DNA of 64,000 nucleotides from the human T2T-CHM13v2.0 reference genome, Homo sapiens. Positions 1 through 14,497 of this stretch are shown here, one piece after another. Numbering within the stretch: position 1 is the stretch's first letter; the number at the start of each line of letters is the position of its first letter. Made by a program: the position numbers and the translations under genes. Location of the stretch: assembly GCF_009914755.1 (NCBI RefSeq), contig NC_060947.1; one strand, written 5' to 3'. Under the pieces are notes generated by a model. The model was not told the DNA's origin and did no database searches. It saw nothing but the letters and a program-made list of their open reading frames with translations.

Positions 1-632
1 AATGAAGGTTTTCATTTACTTCTCATTAGTCCCGTCAGCAATACGGGGCACTGGGAAGAAGCCAGCCTGCTGAACTGATTGCTGAATCCTGGGTGTTTAG
101 ATCAGTCTCCCACTCTCTGGTTGTGTGCACCACCTAGCCAAGGGATTTGGTCTCAGTTTTCCAAATTGTCTAATAAGAGTAATATTCCTTATACCCTATA
201 TTTGTTAGGAGGGATAAATATACATAAAACACTGGGCTTCAAAGGGCTAATAAATGCACAAATACGAATCTGACCATTTGGGCAGCAGTGAAGCCAATGT
301 TTCCCTTTTGCCCAGAGACAGCGCAGAGAAAGAGTATAAACAAGACGGGATGTGAGCTTTGTGGAAAGCATTTGCAAAATCTCTCTTCAATGCTTTTCGA
401 AGACCTGCTCCCACTGGATTGCTGTGGGTAGTTCTCAGGCTCAGTTCAGCTTCAAAATGCCATCCTTCAATTAAAATAGGGTCCCCTGTGTAACAGAAAG
501 TGCCCTAGTTGCATGTTATAGAGAAATATTAGCAATGATTCTCCTCCAATATCCTCTTAAAAAACAAAAAATATAATTCTTATTGAAAGCAGCTTAACTG
601 TCTTGAATATACAACCATTGCAAAGATGGTTT

Positions 633-634
<2 letters not shown>

Positions 635-667
<33 letters not shown>
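635..667. repeat. (GT)n microsatellite
   Basis: About 16 perfect GT units. Confidence 0.97.
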
Positions 668-669
<2 letters not shown>

Positions 670-964
670 CAAGCGTGTGCTATTCCAGAGTAAGCCAAGA
701 TTCTGACTACAAACTTTATCCACTAGCTGATGAATAGAGTGGATATGTATTGCCATTCTAGAAGTCAAGCATCCGGCATTCAGCCTTTAACCAATGATCA
801 AATTTAGCATCATCAACAATGGGACAACTTATACCAGAGGCCTCCTGATGTATGATTTATTAAGAAATGCATTTCACCTAGGAAGTATTCTTACCAAGAA
901 ATGTTAATTTTAAATCCAATTATGAGCAAACAGAAAGATCCAGAATGGAAGACATTGTGTAAGA

Positions 965-1205
965 CAGTATTTCTCAACCTTGGCGCTATTGTCATGTGTG
1001 TCCAGATAATCCCTCGGGGGCAGGGGGAGTTGCCCTGTGCACTATAGCATGTTCAGCAGCATCCCTGGCCTCTACTTGCTAGATGCCAGTAGCACTACCC
1101 AGGAACAACAACCAACAATGTCTCTAGACATTGCCAAACATCCTCTGGGGACGAGGAGACACATTTGTCTCCCTCCCTCATGCCCTACATGTGGTTGAAA
1201 ACCAC
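965..1205 (-). mobile_element. MER20 (hAT-Charlie) DNA transposon
   Basis: Reverse-complement match to MER20: tttctcaaccttggcgctattg...cagcagcatccctggcctctac...agatgccagtagca...tgtctctagacattgccaaa...tggttgaaaacca. Confidence 0.9.
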
Positions 1206-1241
1206 ATTGTTAGAAAACTGGCCTGACCCTTCGATGTTTTA

Positions 1242-1297
1242 CAGGCAACTAAACATAAAGGAGGTGGCGCAGGCAACTAAATATAAACGAGGCAGCA
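1242..1297. repeat. 28-bp tandem duplication
   Basis: caggcaactaaacataaaggaggtggcg followed by caggcaactaaatataaacgaggcagca. Confidence 0.8.
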
Positions 1298-1644
1298 CAA
1301 TTCTAGATAACATGCAATAACCAAATGCATGCTGGACACAAGACCAATAACCATTTCCTAAGTGTTGGCACTGCTCTTACTCACAGATGCCCTACTGTGC
1401 TCAGAACAGGGCTGCATCTTCATGCCCACACCAATCCCTGGGGTGGGGGTATCCCTAAAATGCAGAATTTCCATCTGCAGGTCTGCATTGCCTATGAGCT
1501 CCAAGCAGCTGCCCTCTCTGCTGTCTACAAGCCACACTGGGCCACAACTAGAGGAGGGGTTTTTTTTTTTCTTTTTTTTTTTAACATACATGTGTTAGGT
1601 TGTTGATTCACCTGCAATTAATATATTGTCAAAGCATTATTTGA

Positions 1645-1776
1645 GGCCTGGCATGGTGGCTCACGCCTGTAATCCCAGCACTTTAAGAGGCCAAGGCCAG
1701 AGGATTGCTTGAGCTCAGGAGTTCAAGACCAGCCTAGGCAACATAGTGAGACTGTCTCTACAAAAAAAAAAAAAAA
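1645..1776 (+). mobile_element. FLAM / free left Alu monomer
   Basis: Left-monomer consensus ending in poly(A); flanking target-site duplication attatttga(g). Confidence 0.92.
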
Positions 1777-2384
1777 TTATTTGAGAATAAGGTGCCTAAC
1801 TACTTATGTGACTGACATATCTTTTCTGCTTTTGGGTAGAGGGGGAAGATGGGGATCACGTATTAGTATATTGTCTAAAGGAAGTAGGCCCCTATCATTA
1901 AACTCAAGATAAACTATAGTCATTTGTATGAGAATTTAAAGGTAGAATATTTGAGAAGTGTAATGAAATTATTGAAATAATTTCTATAACATGCCAAATT
2001 TTTCAATGTTTTTACTTTAAAATACAGCTTATTTGTGAGAGGAAATCTGGGGGGGAAACACAGAAAATCAGAAGAAAAGGAAACTACAGCTTAATCATTT
2101 AAATTTAATTGCTACCAACCTTTGTATTTTACCCCAGACCTTTTCCCTACACATAGGCTTATGTTGTTCGTCATCATAACAATTTTGTCTCCTTCCTATC
2201 TGTCTTACATTCAGGAGCACTTGTCTGTATTATTATGAATTTTTCCTGAACATCACATTCGTGAGTCAATAATATTCCAAATCACATTTAATATGCCATC
2301 CTCCGAAGTGAGAGAGCATTCACTTGAAACTTTCCTTTTTGTTAAACTGGTTTACAAACCATAAATGAATTTTACATATTTCTA

Positions 2385-2540
2385 GGAGGAGGATATTCAA
2401 TGTTCCGAACACAAAAAAAGTGACAAACGTTTGTGATGACGGATATACTAATTACCCTGATCTTATCACTATACATCACATATATTATGACATCACTATA
2501 TACCCTATAAATATGTATAATTATTATGTGTCAATTAAAT
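2385..2540 (+). mobile_element. L1MA-type 3' end
   Basis: tgttccgaacacaaaaaaagtgacaaacgtttgtgatgacggatatactaattaccctgatc...ataaatatgtataattattatgtgtcaattaaa. Confidence 0.8.
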
Positions 2541-2555
2541 TTTTTAAATATTTAA

Positions 2556-2834
<279 letters not shown>

Positions 2835-3745
2835 TGATCACAGCTTGATCAAAGAATAAAAGGACTAAAATGCTTTCTTCTTTTTCACTCTGAACTATGG
2901 GGAACTGAACCACCCCAGGTGGTTCTAGCTGTAAAATCATTGGCCAACTTGGTGTAAAAATCCCTTGAAATACTCACAATGCCCTCAGCATGGACAAGGA
3001 TGAGCAAGATGGGTGCTGATTAACCTAATTGAGTTAATCCACTTCTCTCTGGTTGGTTGGGCGGTTCATTGGCTGCTCCTCCTACACTCAGAGTCGAGGG
3101 ACTGTGAGCCCCTTAGATGTTCACCTGTATAGCATGGCTTTGAAACTTTTTAAAGTCTATAGCCTGAAAGACTACGGTTTCATGACTGAGCATTATGCAT
3201 TTTTAGAAACAGCAGTTAAGCTGAAAATGGAGCCGAACTCTTACATGCAGAGCACGCTGCCGACCCTGGAGCAGGGCTCGGGGAGCACAGAAAGGAGGAA
3301 GAGCCAAACTTTGCTGTCGACACATGTCCAAGACTAAGGCCAGTGCCCTGAAAGCAAACTCTAGATCATACACGAGCAAGAGCTGTGGGACAGGACAGAG
3401 GCTTGTGGATGCTGCTTCTTCGTTGACTTCACTTATTTGGGGGAAACCGCAGAAGTCATCAGAGCAGACATCGGCAAAGCGGATGCCAAGCACTGGTTTT
3501 TTAAAAAATACGGATTTGATAGCCCAGGTGAAAATGGGGAACATTCAAAAGAAAGCAAACACTGGGACACTTTCTCACCTTTAATTCCTTGCCCTCCGTG
3601 AGTTATCCGAAATTGAACCACCCCCCATGGCTCTAGCTACATGGTATAAAATGTACTTGGCAGTCAAATACAAATGAACACATGCAGTTTTATATTGTCA
3701 AGCCACTGCTTCCCTTTGCTTGATGAATCAATTGTCTTCATTTAA

Positions 3746-3977
<232 letters not shown>

Positions 3978-4109
3978 TGCATTCTTTATTTAAATTATTT
4001 AGATGGAAATCTAAAGAAGGCAGTCCCAGTAGCCTGGACAAAGTGGTCCAAAACATCAACAATCAGGACTGTTGGGGGCTGTGTGTGTGAAAGGTTGGGT
4101 GAGGAGGGG

Positions 4110-4255
4110 CCACCTGCCTCAGAATCACCTGCGGAGTTTGTCATGCGTGTGGATTCCCAGACACCATCCCAGACCTGCTGAGTCAGAGTCTTCCATGTTT
4201 AACAAGCTCCCTGAGGGGATCTTCCACGTCCTAAAGGGTGAGAAGCATGCACTGC
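4110..4255. mobile_element. MER5-family DNA transposon remnant
   Basis: cagaatcacctg...cagacctgctgagtcagagtct...tttaacaagctccctgaggggat...tgagaagc. Confidence 0.75.
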
Positions 4256-5717
4256 AGTTTTTGGAGATGAGATCAACAAGATATAGGGTCCAGGTGTCAC
4301 AAAACGCACCTTAAAGTTCCTGAGCAAGCAGAAATTGCCAGTGAGCCTTTAGAGAAAGCCTTGGGTTATACAAGCATTTGAAGGGGCCACAGGAGAGTCT
4401 ACAAATAGTGAATCTTCTCTGTGAGATACTAAACCAACCCCTTTAGACTTGCAGACAACTGCGTAAGAAGAGGATGCAAGGGAGGGAGAGGGGCGTAAAG
4501 GGAGAAGGGAAGAAAGGCCTCAATCCAGCCGTCTGCAGAGAACACAATGGAGAATTCTTCCTGCTGCCACTTAACCAAAGCCCTACCAGGCAAAGTCCTC
4601 TGCTGAAAGCTCCGAGTCTTCTCGGGCTTCGACAGGTACATCCTGGCAGGCTGGTTTGCTCAACAGCAGACTGTCTCTTGTGAGAGGAACGCCAGTGGGG
4701 CATTTATGAGCACTGTCTTTTGGCAACCTCACTACGCAGGCCTGTGAACGCGCAGCCAAGAATCCCAGCACACCTCTGGCATCTGTGTGGGCAGAGAGCA
4801 GTGACGCCAAAGTCCACTTCTTGAAAACGTAAGGCTTCATGGCTTTCTTCCACAAAGAAGTTTCTCATTTGAATGACTTTAGGAAAGCACATCTGGGGGG
4901 GAAACTTCCAATGGTAGGGTTACTTTCTTTTGTGGGCCATTCTGTGGAAGATTGGTGTATAATTCTTGTATGGAAAAATAAAGCAGGAGCTTCTATTCAT
5001 GTTGTTCAAATTGTCAGACTATGAAGGGGCAGTGACTTCAGCAACTGAGTGGGACGCAGCAGGAAACCGGTGATTAGAAGTGGGACCAGTCCATATTTGT
5101 TCCATGTATTTCCTACCAATCTTTTCGGGGCCATGGTTGATTTGGTCATGGCACACTGATTATGGTGAGGAGACACAGTGTTAGGCTCCCTATCCACACC
5201 AACTATTAGGTATTTGCTAAGTGTAAGCTAGACCTGGGATGCCACGCTGGAAGAGGAATACCGTGAGATAACCCCACCCTTCCTCATTCCTTCTAGTCAC
5301 AGTTACCACCATGGGGCGAGGACGGCTCAAACTGGATGGAAAGGTAGACCCATGAGCATACAAATTTTCCTTCCAGCAGAAGGGACCTGCTATAGTGAGT
5401 CACGATCATCTGGCCTCCGGGAATCTCAACTCCATCTGACTGCTCAGCCCTGCCCATGTTCACAGATGCCCAGACTCACATCAGCCCAGCTTTCCCTAAA
5501 TGAATGAAAACTGCAGCAAATTCAAATTTCGCAGAATAAAACTAGAAGTCCCCTTCCCTCACTATCTCTAGGTGGAAACATCATGTTTCACATCCAAGAG
5601 ACTGATGCTAGCAAACATACCATACCGTTCACATCTGATCCTGCTAACGACAGCTCACAGCTGGTTGCTATGGCACCCAAGCACCCCACATACAATCACA
5701 GCACCCGCACAGCAGCT

Positions 5718-5927
5718 GGATTCAGGAGTCAGGTAGCCTGGAGTTGAGGCAGGCTTCACCTGCTGTAGACCATCTGTGCACTCTCCTAGCTCTCTCTGCC
5801 TCAGTTTCCTCATTGATAAGTAGAGACAATAATAATGCCAACTTCATAGACTGGCTACAAGGCTTATGTGAGTCAACATTTGTAAAGGGCTTAGAACAGT
5901 GGCAGGCACATAGTTAAGCATATTCAC
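5718..5927 (+). mobile_element. MIR SINE
   Basis: Core ctctctgcctcagtttcctcatt...ataataatgcc...tgtaaagggcttagaacagtggcaggcacatag. Confidence 0.88.
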
Positions 5928-6310
5928 ACAAATTGGTTGGCATAAAGCAGAGATTTATGATCTCACAGTTCAGGAAAGCAGAAGTCTATAATCAAGGTGT
6001 TGGCAGGCTTGGTTCCTCCCGGAGGCTCTGAGGAAGAAACCATCCCATGCCTCTCTCCAGCTTCTGGTGTTGACAGCAATCCTTGGTGTTCCCTGGCTTG
6101 GAGAATCTCTTGGGGAATCTCCAATCGCTGCATCCATCTTCACGGCCTCCTCTTTCTGTCTCTTATAACGTAAACCCACCCCCATCCAGTATGATCTCAT
6201 CTCCATCCTTATCCTAATTATATCTGCAAAGACCCTCTTTCCAAATAAGGTTACATTCTAAGGTTCCAGGTGGACATCAATTTTGGGGGAACATTATTTA
6301 AACACTACAG
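5928..6310 (-). mobile_element. MLT1 (ERVL-MaLR) LTR
   Basis: tctcacagttc...aatcaaggtgttggcagg...ctctctccagcttctggtg...atctgcaaagaccctctttccaaataaggttacattct. Confidence 0.88.
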
Positions 6311-6364
6311 AAAAAATATATGTGTTTCTGAAGTAATTCCACACATGAAAGGCAAACTTCTCCA

Positions 6365-7425
6365 GTTTCAGTGTGACTGTCATTTTTTCTTCCTGTAATG
6401 TTTAGAAGAACTTACCAGTGTAGCTATCTAGGCCTGGAGTTTTCTTTGAGGAAATGTTTTTGACTATGGATTTAATTCCTTGAAAATGCATAGAATATTT
6501 CAAATTGCCTATTTCTTTTTGTGTTTAATTACAAATTCACTCTTTTCGTCTAAATATTTAAATATATTGGCCAAAGGTTTTGTTTTTTGGTTTTTGGTTT
6601 TTTTTTACGGCTTCCACTTATTTTCTTTTTAATGCCTGGCAGATGTGTAGTTATATCCCCTTTTTCATTCCTGATATTGACATCTTGTGCCTTTCGTTCT
6701 TTTCTTTTTTTTTTTATGATTAGTCCTTCCAAGGAATTATAAGTTTTATTAGTACTTTCAAAGAGCAATGTTTGGTTTTGAACTTTGGTTTTCTTGATTT
6801 TTCCTTGTTCTATATTTGTTTTCCACTTTATTAATTTCTGTTCTTTAATATTTTCTTCTACTTTATTTGAGATCAGTATGCTTTTTTCCCCTAACTTCTG
6901 GAGACGCATGTTGAGATTCCTGACTTTTGGCATTTCATCTTTTCTCATGCCTGTATTTAATAGTAAATATTTTCTTCTCTTCAGGGTTTTAACTGAATCC
7001 CATAAATTTTGATATGCCATGATTTCAATTCCATTCAGCTGCAAATATTTTCTAATTTCCGTTGTAACTTCTTCTTTCACTTTTCTACTATTTAGAAGAA
7101 TACTGCTTAATTTCTAAACATGGGAATTTTCTAGTTATCTTTTTATCACTGATTTCTAGCTTACTTCCATTGCAGCCAAGGAATATACTCTGTGGAATTT
7201 TAATTTTTTAAGATTTGTTAAAACTTGCTTTATGAGTCAGTATATGGCTAATTTTGGTCAATTTTCTATGTGCACTTAAAAATAATAGTATATTTTGCAG
7301 TCTAAGCTTTAGCGTTTTATTACAACAATTAGGAAAAGTATGCCAAACACGTTTAAATAGTCTCTGCTTCTGAATTTTTGTATACTATTCTTTCAGTTGT
7401 AGAGAGAGATATCTTAAAATTTCAT
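6365..7425 (-). mobile_element. Old L1M ORF2 fragment (between endonuclease and RT domains)
   Basis: ORF 6550-7080 encodes KEEVTTEIRKYL..YQNLWD..IRNEKGDITT, homologous to L1 ORF2p (YQNLWD, IKNDKGDITTD); decayed PGPDGF-like region near 6410-6440. Confidence 0.92.
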
Positions 7426-7889
7426 GCTTTAAAAAAAGGCAAACTTCTCTGATGAACTGTGCTCTCCCTCCGATGACAACACCCAGCGTGAACACAATCC
7501 TGTCTCAAAGGGGAAAGGCAGAGCTTCCAGAACTTTCCACATCCATGAGCAAGTGAGGAAGAAGAACTTAGAAAGATGCTGACCCAGCCCCCCCACCCCC
7601 ACCCCAGCTGGATTTGCCTCTGAATTCAGTTGTAACAAAGAAATCCTCGTGTGCCTGGCAGCCCTGGGCCCCTTCCCTAGTTGGGAACTAAGGGTCACAG
7701 GGGCCACCGCACTGCATCCATGGAGATGCCATGAGCAGGCTGGGGCCCGGCTGGCACAAGCATCAGCCCGGCCCAGCAGACAGCAGTTCCCACTCACACC
7801 TAAGCCTTCCCCAGGCCCCAGGCGACTCATCTCCCTCTCACATCCCAGAGGGAACCTGATTTGGAGCTTTGTTGTGACTACACAAACAC

Positions 7890-8415
7890 ATATAAATATG
7901 CGCACATATATATTTACTGATATGTAAGATTTTATACATACAAATTTATAAATTATTATAAATATGTAATATTTGTTTATATATTTATGTAATCATTGTT
8001 TTAATTACTATTTGTAATATTAAATAATTTTATAAAACATTAATTATATAACATTGTATTATTGAAATATAACATTCAAGAACTATATAATTATTTATAT
8101 AATTACTTGTATATACATAACATAAAGTTATATATATAATTATATCGTTATAAAATCATATGATATACATATGTAAATACCACCTATATTATATAATAAT
8201 ATAATTTCAATATAGATCAGGTCTTTATGTTTACGTATAAGTAAATTATATGTAAATTTATACACAAATATTTATATTAATTTACATATCAACCTGTAAA
8301 GTATCTATATAAGTTTATGTATGAAATATGTCTAAATATATTTTTAAAATATATTTAATATTTCTAAATACATAGTATTTCTATTAATTTCAACACATTA
8401 ATTTATCTATTTTGA
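7890..8415. repeat. AT-rich low-complexity tract
   Basis: ~520 bp dominated by degenerate TATA/ATAA/TAAT runs. Confidence 0.85.
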
Positions 8416-9230
8416 TGACCCTTTGTAGAAAACTGACTATAATCCATGCTGGGGTAAAGTCATTCTCTTTCTCCTGCTTTTTTAAAGGAAGTTAAAACAT
8501 TTTCATGGGTCCTGGGCACTGTGCCTCGTGAGCCTGGTGGAGAAGTCTGTGTGGCCTCGAGGAGGCACTCACAGAAGTTTGACATTCTCCTCTGCCACCG
8601 TGAGACAAGTGGATAGTCTGCCCTTAAGATGACATCGTGAGCTCAGCAGGACAGTGTGTGCAGCCCCGCAGTGACTCAGGAAATGTTCAATGATGATCCT
8701 GGATGGTATAGACATCTACGCACTCGGATGTGACTTCCTCTGAGAGGTAGTGTAGCCCCACATCCAGAGAACTGGACTGAATTCCTATGAGAGTTGAAGT
8801 ACACATATCACCAACAAACCAAGAGGCAGGAAGCTCTGGGGGGTTTCATCCTCCTCTGAAATGGAAAAGTGAGTTTCACAGAACTCGTGTTTCTCTTATT
8901 AGAAATAAACCTGCTAGGTAATACCCGTTGATGCCTCAGGCGTAGGACTTTGTGTTTATTTGCACAGTTTTGGGTTAGGACCAAATTTGGAAGATTTTAT
9001 TTTTGTATTTCTATAGTGATACACAGAATCTAATAATAAAAAAAATGTGAACTGGTGTAAGGAAAAAAAGCACCAAAGAGTGATTATGTTCATTGCCAAT
9101 GATTTATCACTTGCTGAAAAATGAGGGATGTTCCTTGGATGGGAACAGAATGTCTGCCAGAGCATCCTCTTGCCAACAGAGGAAAGGAGATGCAGGAGCA
9201 AGGACTGTTCCTGTCATAAACGTGAATCCT

Positions 9231-9512
9231 GGCTGGGTGTGGTGGCTCATGCCTGTAACCCCAACACTTTGGGTCACCAAGGTGGGTGGATCACTTGAGC
9301 CCAGGAGTTCGAGACCAACCTGGCCAACATGGCAAAACCCCGTCTCTACTAAAAATACAAAAATTAGCCAGGCATGGTGGTACACGCCTGTAATCCCAGC
9401 TACTCAGGAGGCTGAGGCAGGAGTGAGCCGGGATTGTGCCACTGCACTCCAGCCTGGGTGACAGAGCAAGACTCTGCCTCAAAAAAATAAATTAAAAAAA
9501 ATTTTTTTAAAT
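9231..9512 (+). mobile_element. AluS with deletion in right arm
   Basis: Dimeric Alu; TSD aaac(g/a)tgaatcct on both sides. Confidence 0.95.
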
Positions 9513-9581
9513 AAAAACATGAATCCTTCTACCATGAATCACTTCCACTTAATCTAGATTTGAAGATATAATTCCATATGA

Positions 9582-9911
<330 letters not shown>

Positions 9912-10531
9912 TCTTATGAAATTTTGAGAGAGTGCTTAGCTCCCCTTTGCTCATGGCATTGTTGAATTATGGTCCCTAATTCCAGCGGGACAAACCCTAC
10001 CGTACTCCAGGCTCAAGTGATTCGAATCAAAGATAAATAAAAAGGAGTGTATAGAGAGCAGAGCATGACGGCAGAGGTGTCAGATCAACACGGCACTCAC
10101 TCTGCATTTTTCCAAATAAAATTCAAACTTTGCAAATGGATGGTGCCAGGACACTTGAATATTTGTATGGGGAAAACAATGCATCTTGACCCTTGTTTCA
10201 CACCGCACCCCCAGGTTGACTCAAAGCGCATCATATATGAGAGAACTAAAGCTCTTCAATTTCTAGTGGTGAACCTAAGAGAAAAATCTGTGGGAAATCA
10301 GATCAAGTGAGGATTTCTGTATCAGGACACAAAAGGCACAACTATTTTTAAAAATTGATAAAATAGACATTATCAAGATTAAAAACCTTCGCTGTCTGAC
10401 AGATACAGTTAGGAAAAAATGAAGAGGAAATCCACAGTGTGGGGAAATTTTGCAAAACATATCTGACAGAAGGCATGTATCCAGAATATAGGTAACTCTC
10501 ACACTCAATAAGAAGACGAAAACCAACCCAA

Positions 10532-10790
10532 TTTTATTTTTTATTTATTTTTTCTTTTAAAGACCAGGTCTCACTCTGTCACACAGAGTGGAGCACAGTG
10601 GCACAGTCACAGCTCCCTGCAACCTTGAACTTCTTAGTTCAAGTTATTCTCCTGCTTCAGCCTCCCAAGTAGCTAGGACTATGAGCATACACCACCACAG
10701 CCAGCTAATTTTTTTTATTTCATACTAAGACAGGGTCTTGCTGTGTTGCCCTGGCTGGTCTCAAACTCCTGGCCTCAAGTGTTGCGTCTC
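10532..10790 (-). mobile_element. AluJ, 5'-truncated, inside L1
   Basis: Reverse Alu right arm plus part of left arm. Confidence 0.9.
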
Positions 10791-10976
10791 AACTTTTCAA
10801 ATGAGCAAAAGATAAGAACAATCACCTCAAAAGAGAAGATATAAATAGTCAATACACTTACAAAAAGATGCTCAAAACCATTAGTCATCAGGAAAATCCA
10901 AATGAAAATGCCTATACATTTAATAGAATTGATAAAGTTAAAAAGACTGACAGTAACAAGTATTAATGAAAATGCA

Positions 10977-11278
<302 letters not shown>

Positions 11279-11692
11279 GGAAAATGCAGAGCAAGTGAAA
11301 CTCACATATATTGCTGGTAGGAATGCAAAATTGTTCTTATAAAGTTAAACACACATGAACCATATGACCCAACAATTCCACTCCTAGGTATTTACCTAAG
11401 GAAAGTGAAAACATATATCCACACCAGCATCTGAATGGAAATGCTTATTTAATGTATATGTTACAATGGCTTTATTCACAATCACCAAAAACTGGAAACA
11501 ACCCAGCACCATTCGACAGGTAAATAGAGAAACAAACAAATATCCATCCAACTGAATACTCCCAAGGGATAGAAAGAAAAGAATGACTGTATCATGCAAC
11601 TCAAATGCATGATGCTAAGTGAAAGAAGCCAGACAAGAAAACCTCATACTGTATCCTTCCACTTATGTAACATATTAGAAAATGCCAAAAAA

Positions 11693-11810
11693 CAGGTTCC
11701 ACGCTCAATTTAATGCTCTGCTGTTGCCATCTTTAAATTCTTAATTTTTGAAAAGGGGGCTTCATCCTTTCATTTTGCTCTGGAAGCTGCAAGTGATGTA
11801 GCTGGTCCTG
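11693..11810 (+). mobile_element. MER45A (hAT-Tip100) 3' part
   Basis: tttaatgctctgctgttgccatctttaaattcttaatttttgaa...tttcattttgc...atgtagctggtcctg. Confidence 0.82.
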
Positions 11811-12434
11811 CTTGGTTTCACCATGCAGTGTTTTTGAAAATATGCAAGAATTTGGGAATGACATTTGTTCCCATGCTTACCTGTTCCCAATAGGCCCCAC
11901 ACTCTTAATTTTTTTTTTATACCCAGAGCTTCCTGAAACATCCACATTACTGCCTGACTCCAGAAAGCATTCAAGTTTTCAAAACTTGCAAAAGCATGCT
12001 GGTCACCTGATCTCAGAAACCGCAAAAGAAAAAAAAAAAAAAGGCAATTGCCTACATAAGAAAAACCCTGTTAACCAAGTTTACACTCATTCTCCTCAGC
12101 CTGCACTTCAGTGTCTGGGTTGAATCACAGCCACACACTGTCGAGGCCCCTCTGAGATGTGCAAAACTCAGCCTGTCATCTCACTAGATTATTCCAAGTG
12201 TTCCAAGGACCGATGGAATTTTTTGCTTTCTGTCTTGATGTTCTCTTGGCACCCACCCAGGAAGGTCTTGGGTAGTGCACTGAAAAGGAACATCTCCAAT
12301 CTCCATCCAGGAGAATCTTAACAAATGTCCAAATGTCTCTGCTTTCTAAAAATCTGCCTCATGGCCAGGATGGATGCTTTCTGCCCTGTCAAGTTTCCAG
12401 CTCCCTTTTCTAAAAGTAGCCTTATAGAGCCCCG

Positions 12435-12482
12435 TATCTATAGAATTCCTGCAATTGATATCTCTAGAGTTCCTGCAATCGG
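12435..12482. repeat. 24-bp tandem duplication
   Basis: tatctatagaattcctgcaattga / tatctctagagttcctgcaatcgg (20/24 identical). Confidence 0.75.
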
Positions 12483-13162
12483 CATGGCAATCAGCATGGA
12501 CTTGCGGAATAAAAAGTGTCATCATCTCCAAAAAGCAATCCACACCAGGGAAAAACAAATCATCTTCAATGCTGTGAAAATGCCTTGGTGATCTCTGACA
12601 AAGAAATTTAAGGGTTTGTATTAAAACTGGCAGAGCAAACTTCCTGCTGAAAGCCACAGGCCAATCCCCAGAGTAACATACGTCTTGACAGCGAGAAGAG
12701 CCACTGACATCACATTATGAGTTTCCATGAGCAACAACGATGGAAGCCATGGAGAAGAAAAACTGCACTGCCAACTGCCTCAAACCACTCCAAAGACAAT
12801 TTTTAGTACTGGAGGAGAAAAGAGTGCTTTTTCATCATGCAGACTTTCCTGAATTGATGCTGAGAGGGATGCAGCAATTTTGGTGGTCAATTCTGGTGGC
12901 GCTTCCAAATGACGTGATGTCGCGAAGGTACATTCCGCACAGCCTGGCCCCTCTACGTTGCTGAGAAGCACTCCACAAGCACACACTCTCGTTATTCCAC
13001 TCCACACAACTGTGAAGGAGGTGAGTGGAAAATTGTTGCTTTTCTTGTGTTACAGATTTTCTTTAAAAATGTGAGGGTGCAAAGGGTTAATGCGTGTTTT
13101 ATTTTTGAAATCACAAGGTTGCTCCAATGCCATCTCCAGCTATGGGGGAAAGGAGCTACCAC

Positions 13163-13446
<284 letters not shown>

Positions 13447-13800
13447 AGCACATTTCCATTTGAGGCTCATCTCCTCATTATTTGGATTTATGAGAACTCA
13501 AGTCACAGAGGTAGCATTTTATATGACCCAGAGGAAGGGCAAGCGGGCCCATCAGCCTCTGCAAACTAGCATCGGCAGACCTTGGAACCAAGGCAAGGGG
13601 GAAAACTATAAATATTCTTTAGGACTTTGAAGGAAAATGTGTGTGAGAAATAAAAGTGAAATAAAGATTTCCCTATGCTCCAGTTGGTCTAGAGCAGAGC
13701 TATGAATAATCTAAGAAGGCAAAACAGCACTGCATTACAGCAGGAGAGAGATGGTAAAGTTGACATATAGAAGGATGTATGTGTATTCATATGTATGCAT

Positions 13801-13802
<2 letters not shown>

Positions 13803-13840
<38 letters not shown>
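13803..13840. repeat. (GT)n microsatellite
   Basis: About 19 perfect GT units. Confidence 0.97.
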
Positions 13841-13841
<1 letters not shown>

Positions 13842-14024
13842 GGCAGCCGTGTAAACTCATTCAAGTAAAGTAAAAAGACCAGCCTAATTACTCAATTATG
13901 GACTGTCTAACTGATCCTGATTTCACAAAGCATTTTCTTTGACAAACATTAATTGAAAGCCTGCTCTACAACCCACCACAAATGAATTTTCCTCAAAAAG
14001 TATTCTTTTCAGTATGTCAGTCTT

Positions 14025-14497
14025 GTGTTCCAGTTACTAGGGTACATAACAAATTATCCCAAATTTGTTCGCAAATCTGCAACCTGGACAGGGCTCGTCA
14101 GAGATAGGTTGCTTCTGTTCCTCTCCGTCTTAGCTGAGGGAATTTGAAGGCCAAGGCTGGAATCCTCTGAAGACTCACATGTCTAGATGTTGATATTGGC
14201 TGGCTGTTGGCTGAGATCTTTGCTAGGGCTATTGGTTGAACAACTTATACATGGCCTCTTTGTGTAGTGTGGGCTTTCTCACAACATGGTGGCTGTCCAA
14301 CAGCCAATGTTCAGGGAAGAGGTAGAAGCCATTTAGAATTTTATGACCTAGCCTAGAAGTCACATAGCATCACATTTGCCACATTCTACTTGTTGGGATG
14401 GTCACGAAGCCTCACTCAAGTTTAAGGAGATAAGAAATAGACGCTGCCTTCTGATGAGAAATAGCAAGATGCTAGAAGAGACATGTGGGACCAGAAA
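14025..14497 (-). mobile_element. MLT1G/H-like MaLR LTR
   Basis: cataacaaattatcccaaa...ggctttctcacaacatggtggctg...ttttatgacctagcctagaagtcacatagcatcacatttgccacattctac. Confidence 0.85.

Larger units (their letters stand above)
740..1340 (+). mobile_element. Old L1M (L1ME/MC-like) 3' UTR fragment split by MER20
   Basis: Diverged similarity to the L1M 3' UTR motifs also seen at 18480-18800 (ccttaaccaa-tgatcaa, attcttgccaaaaa, aactggcctg). Confidence 0.5.

Noticed and set aside
6550-7080. 176-aa ORF with real protein homology
   Set aside because: Decayed L1 ORF2 fragment; the middle appears out of frame relative to ORF2p (EQKLIKWKT), A-rich L1 sequence is stop-poor, and no catalytic domain is included.
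7429-7927. 158-aa and 92-aa ORFs in a GC-rich block
   Set aside because: No recognisable homology or exon structure; GC-rich sequence is stop-poor.
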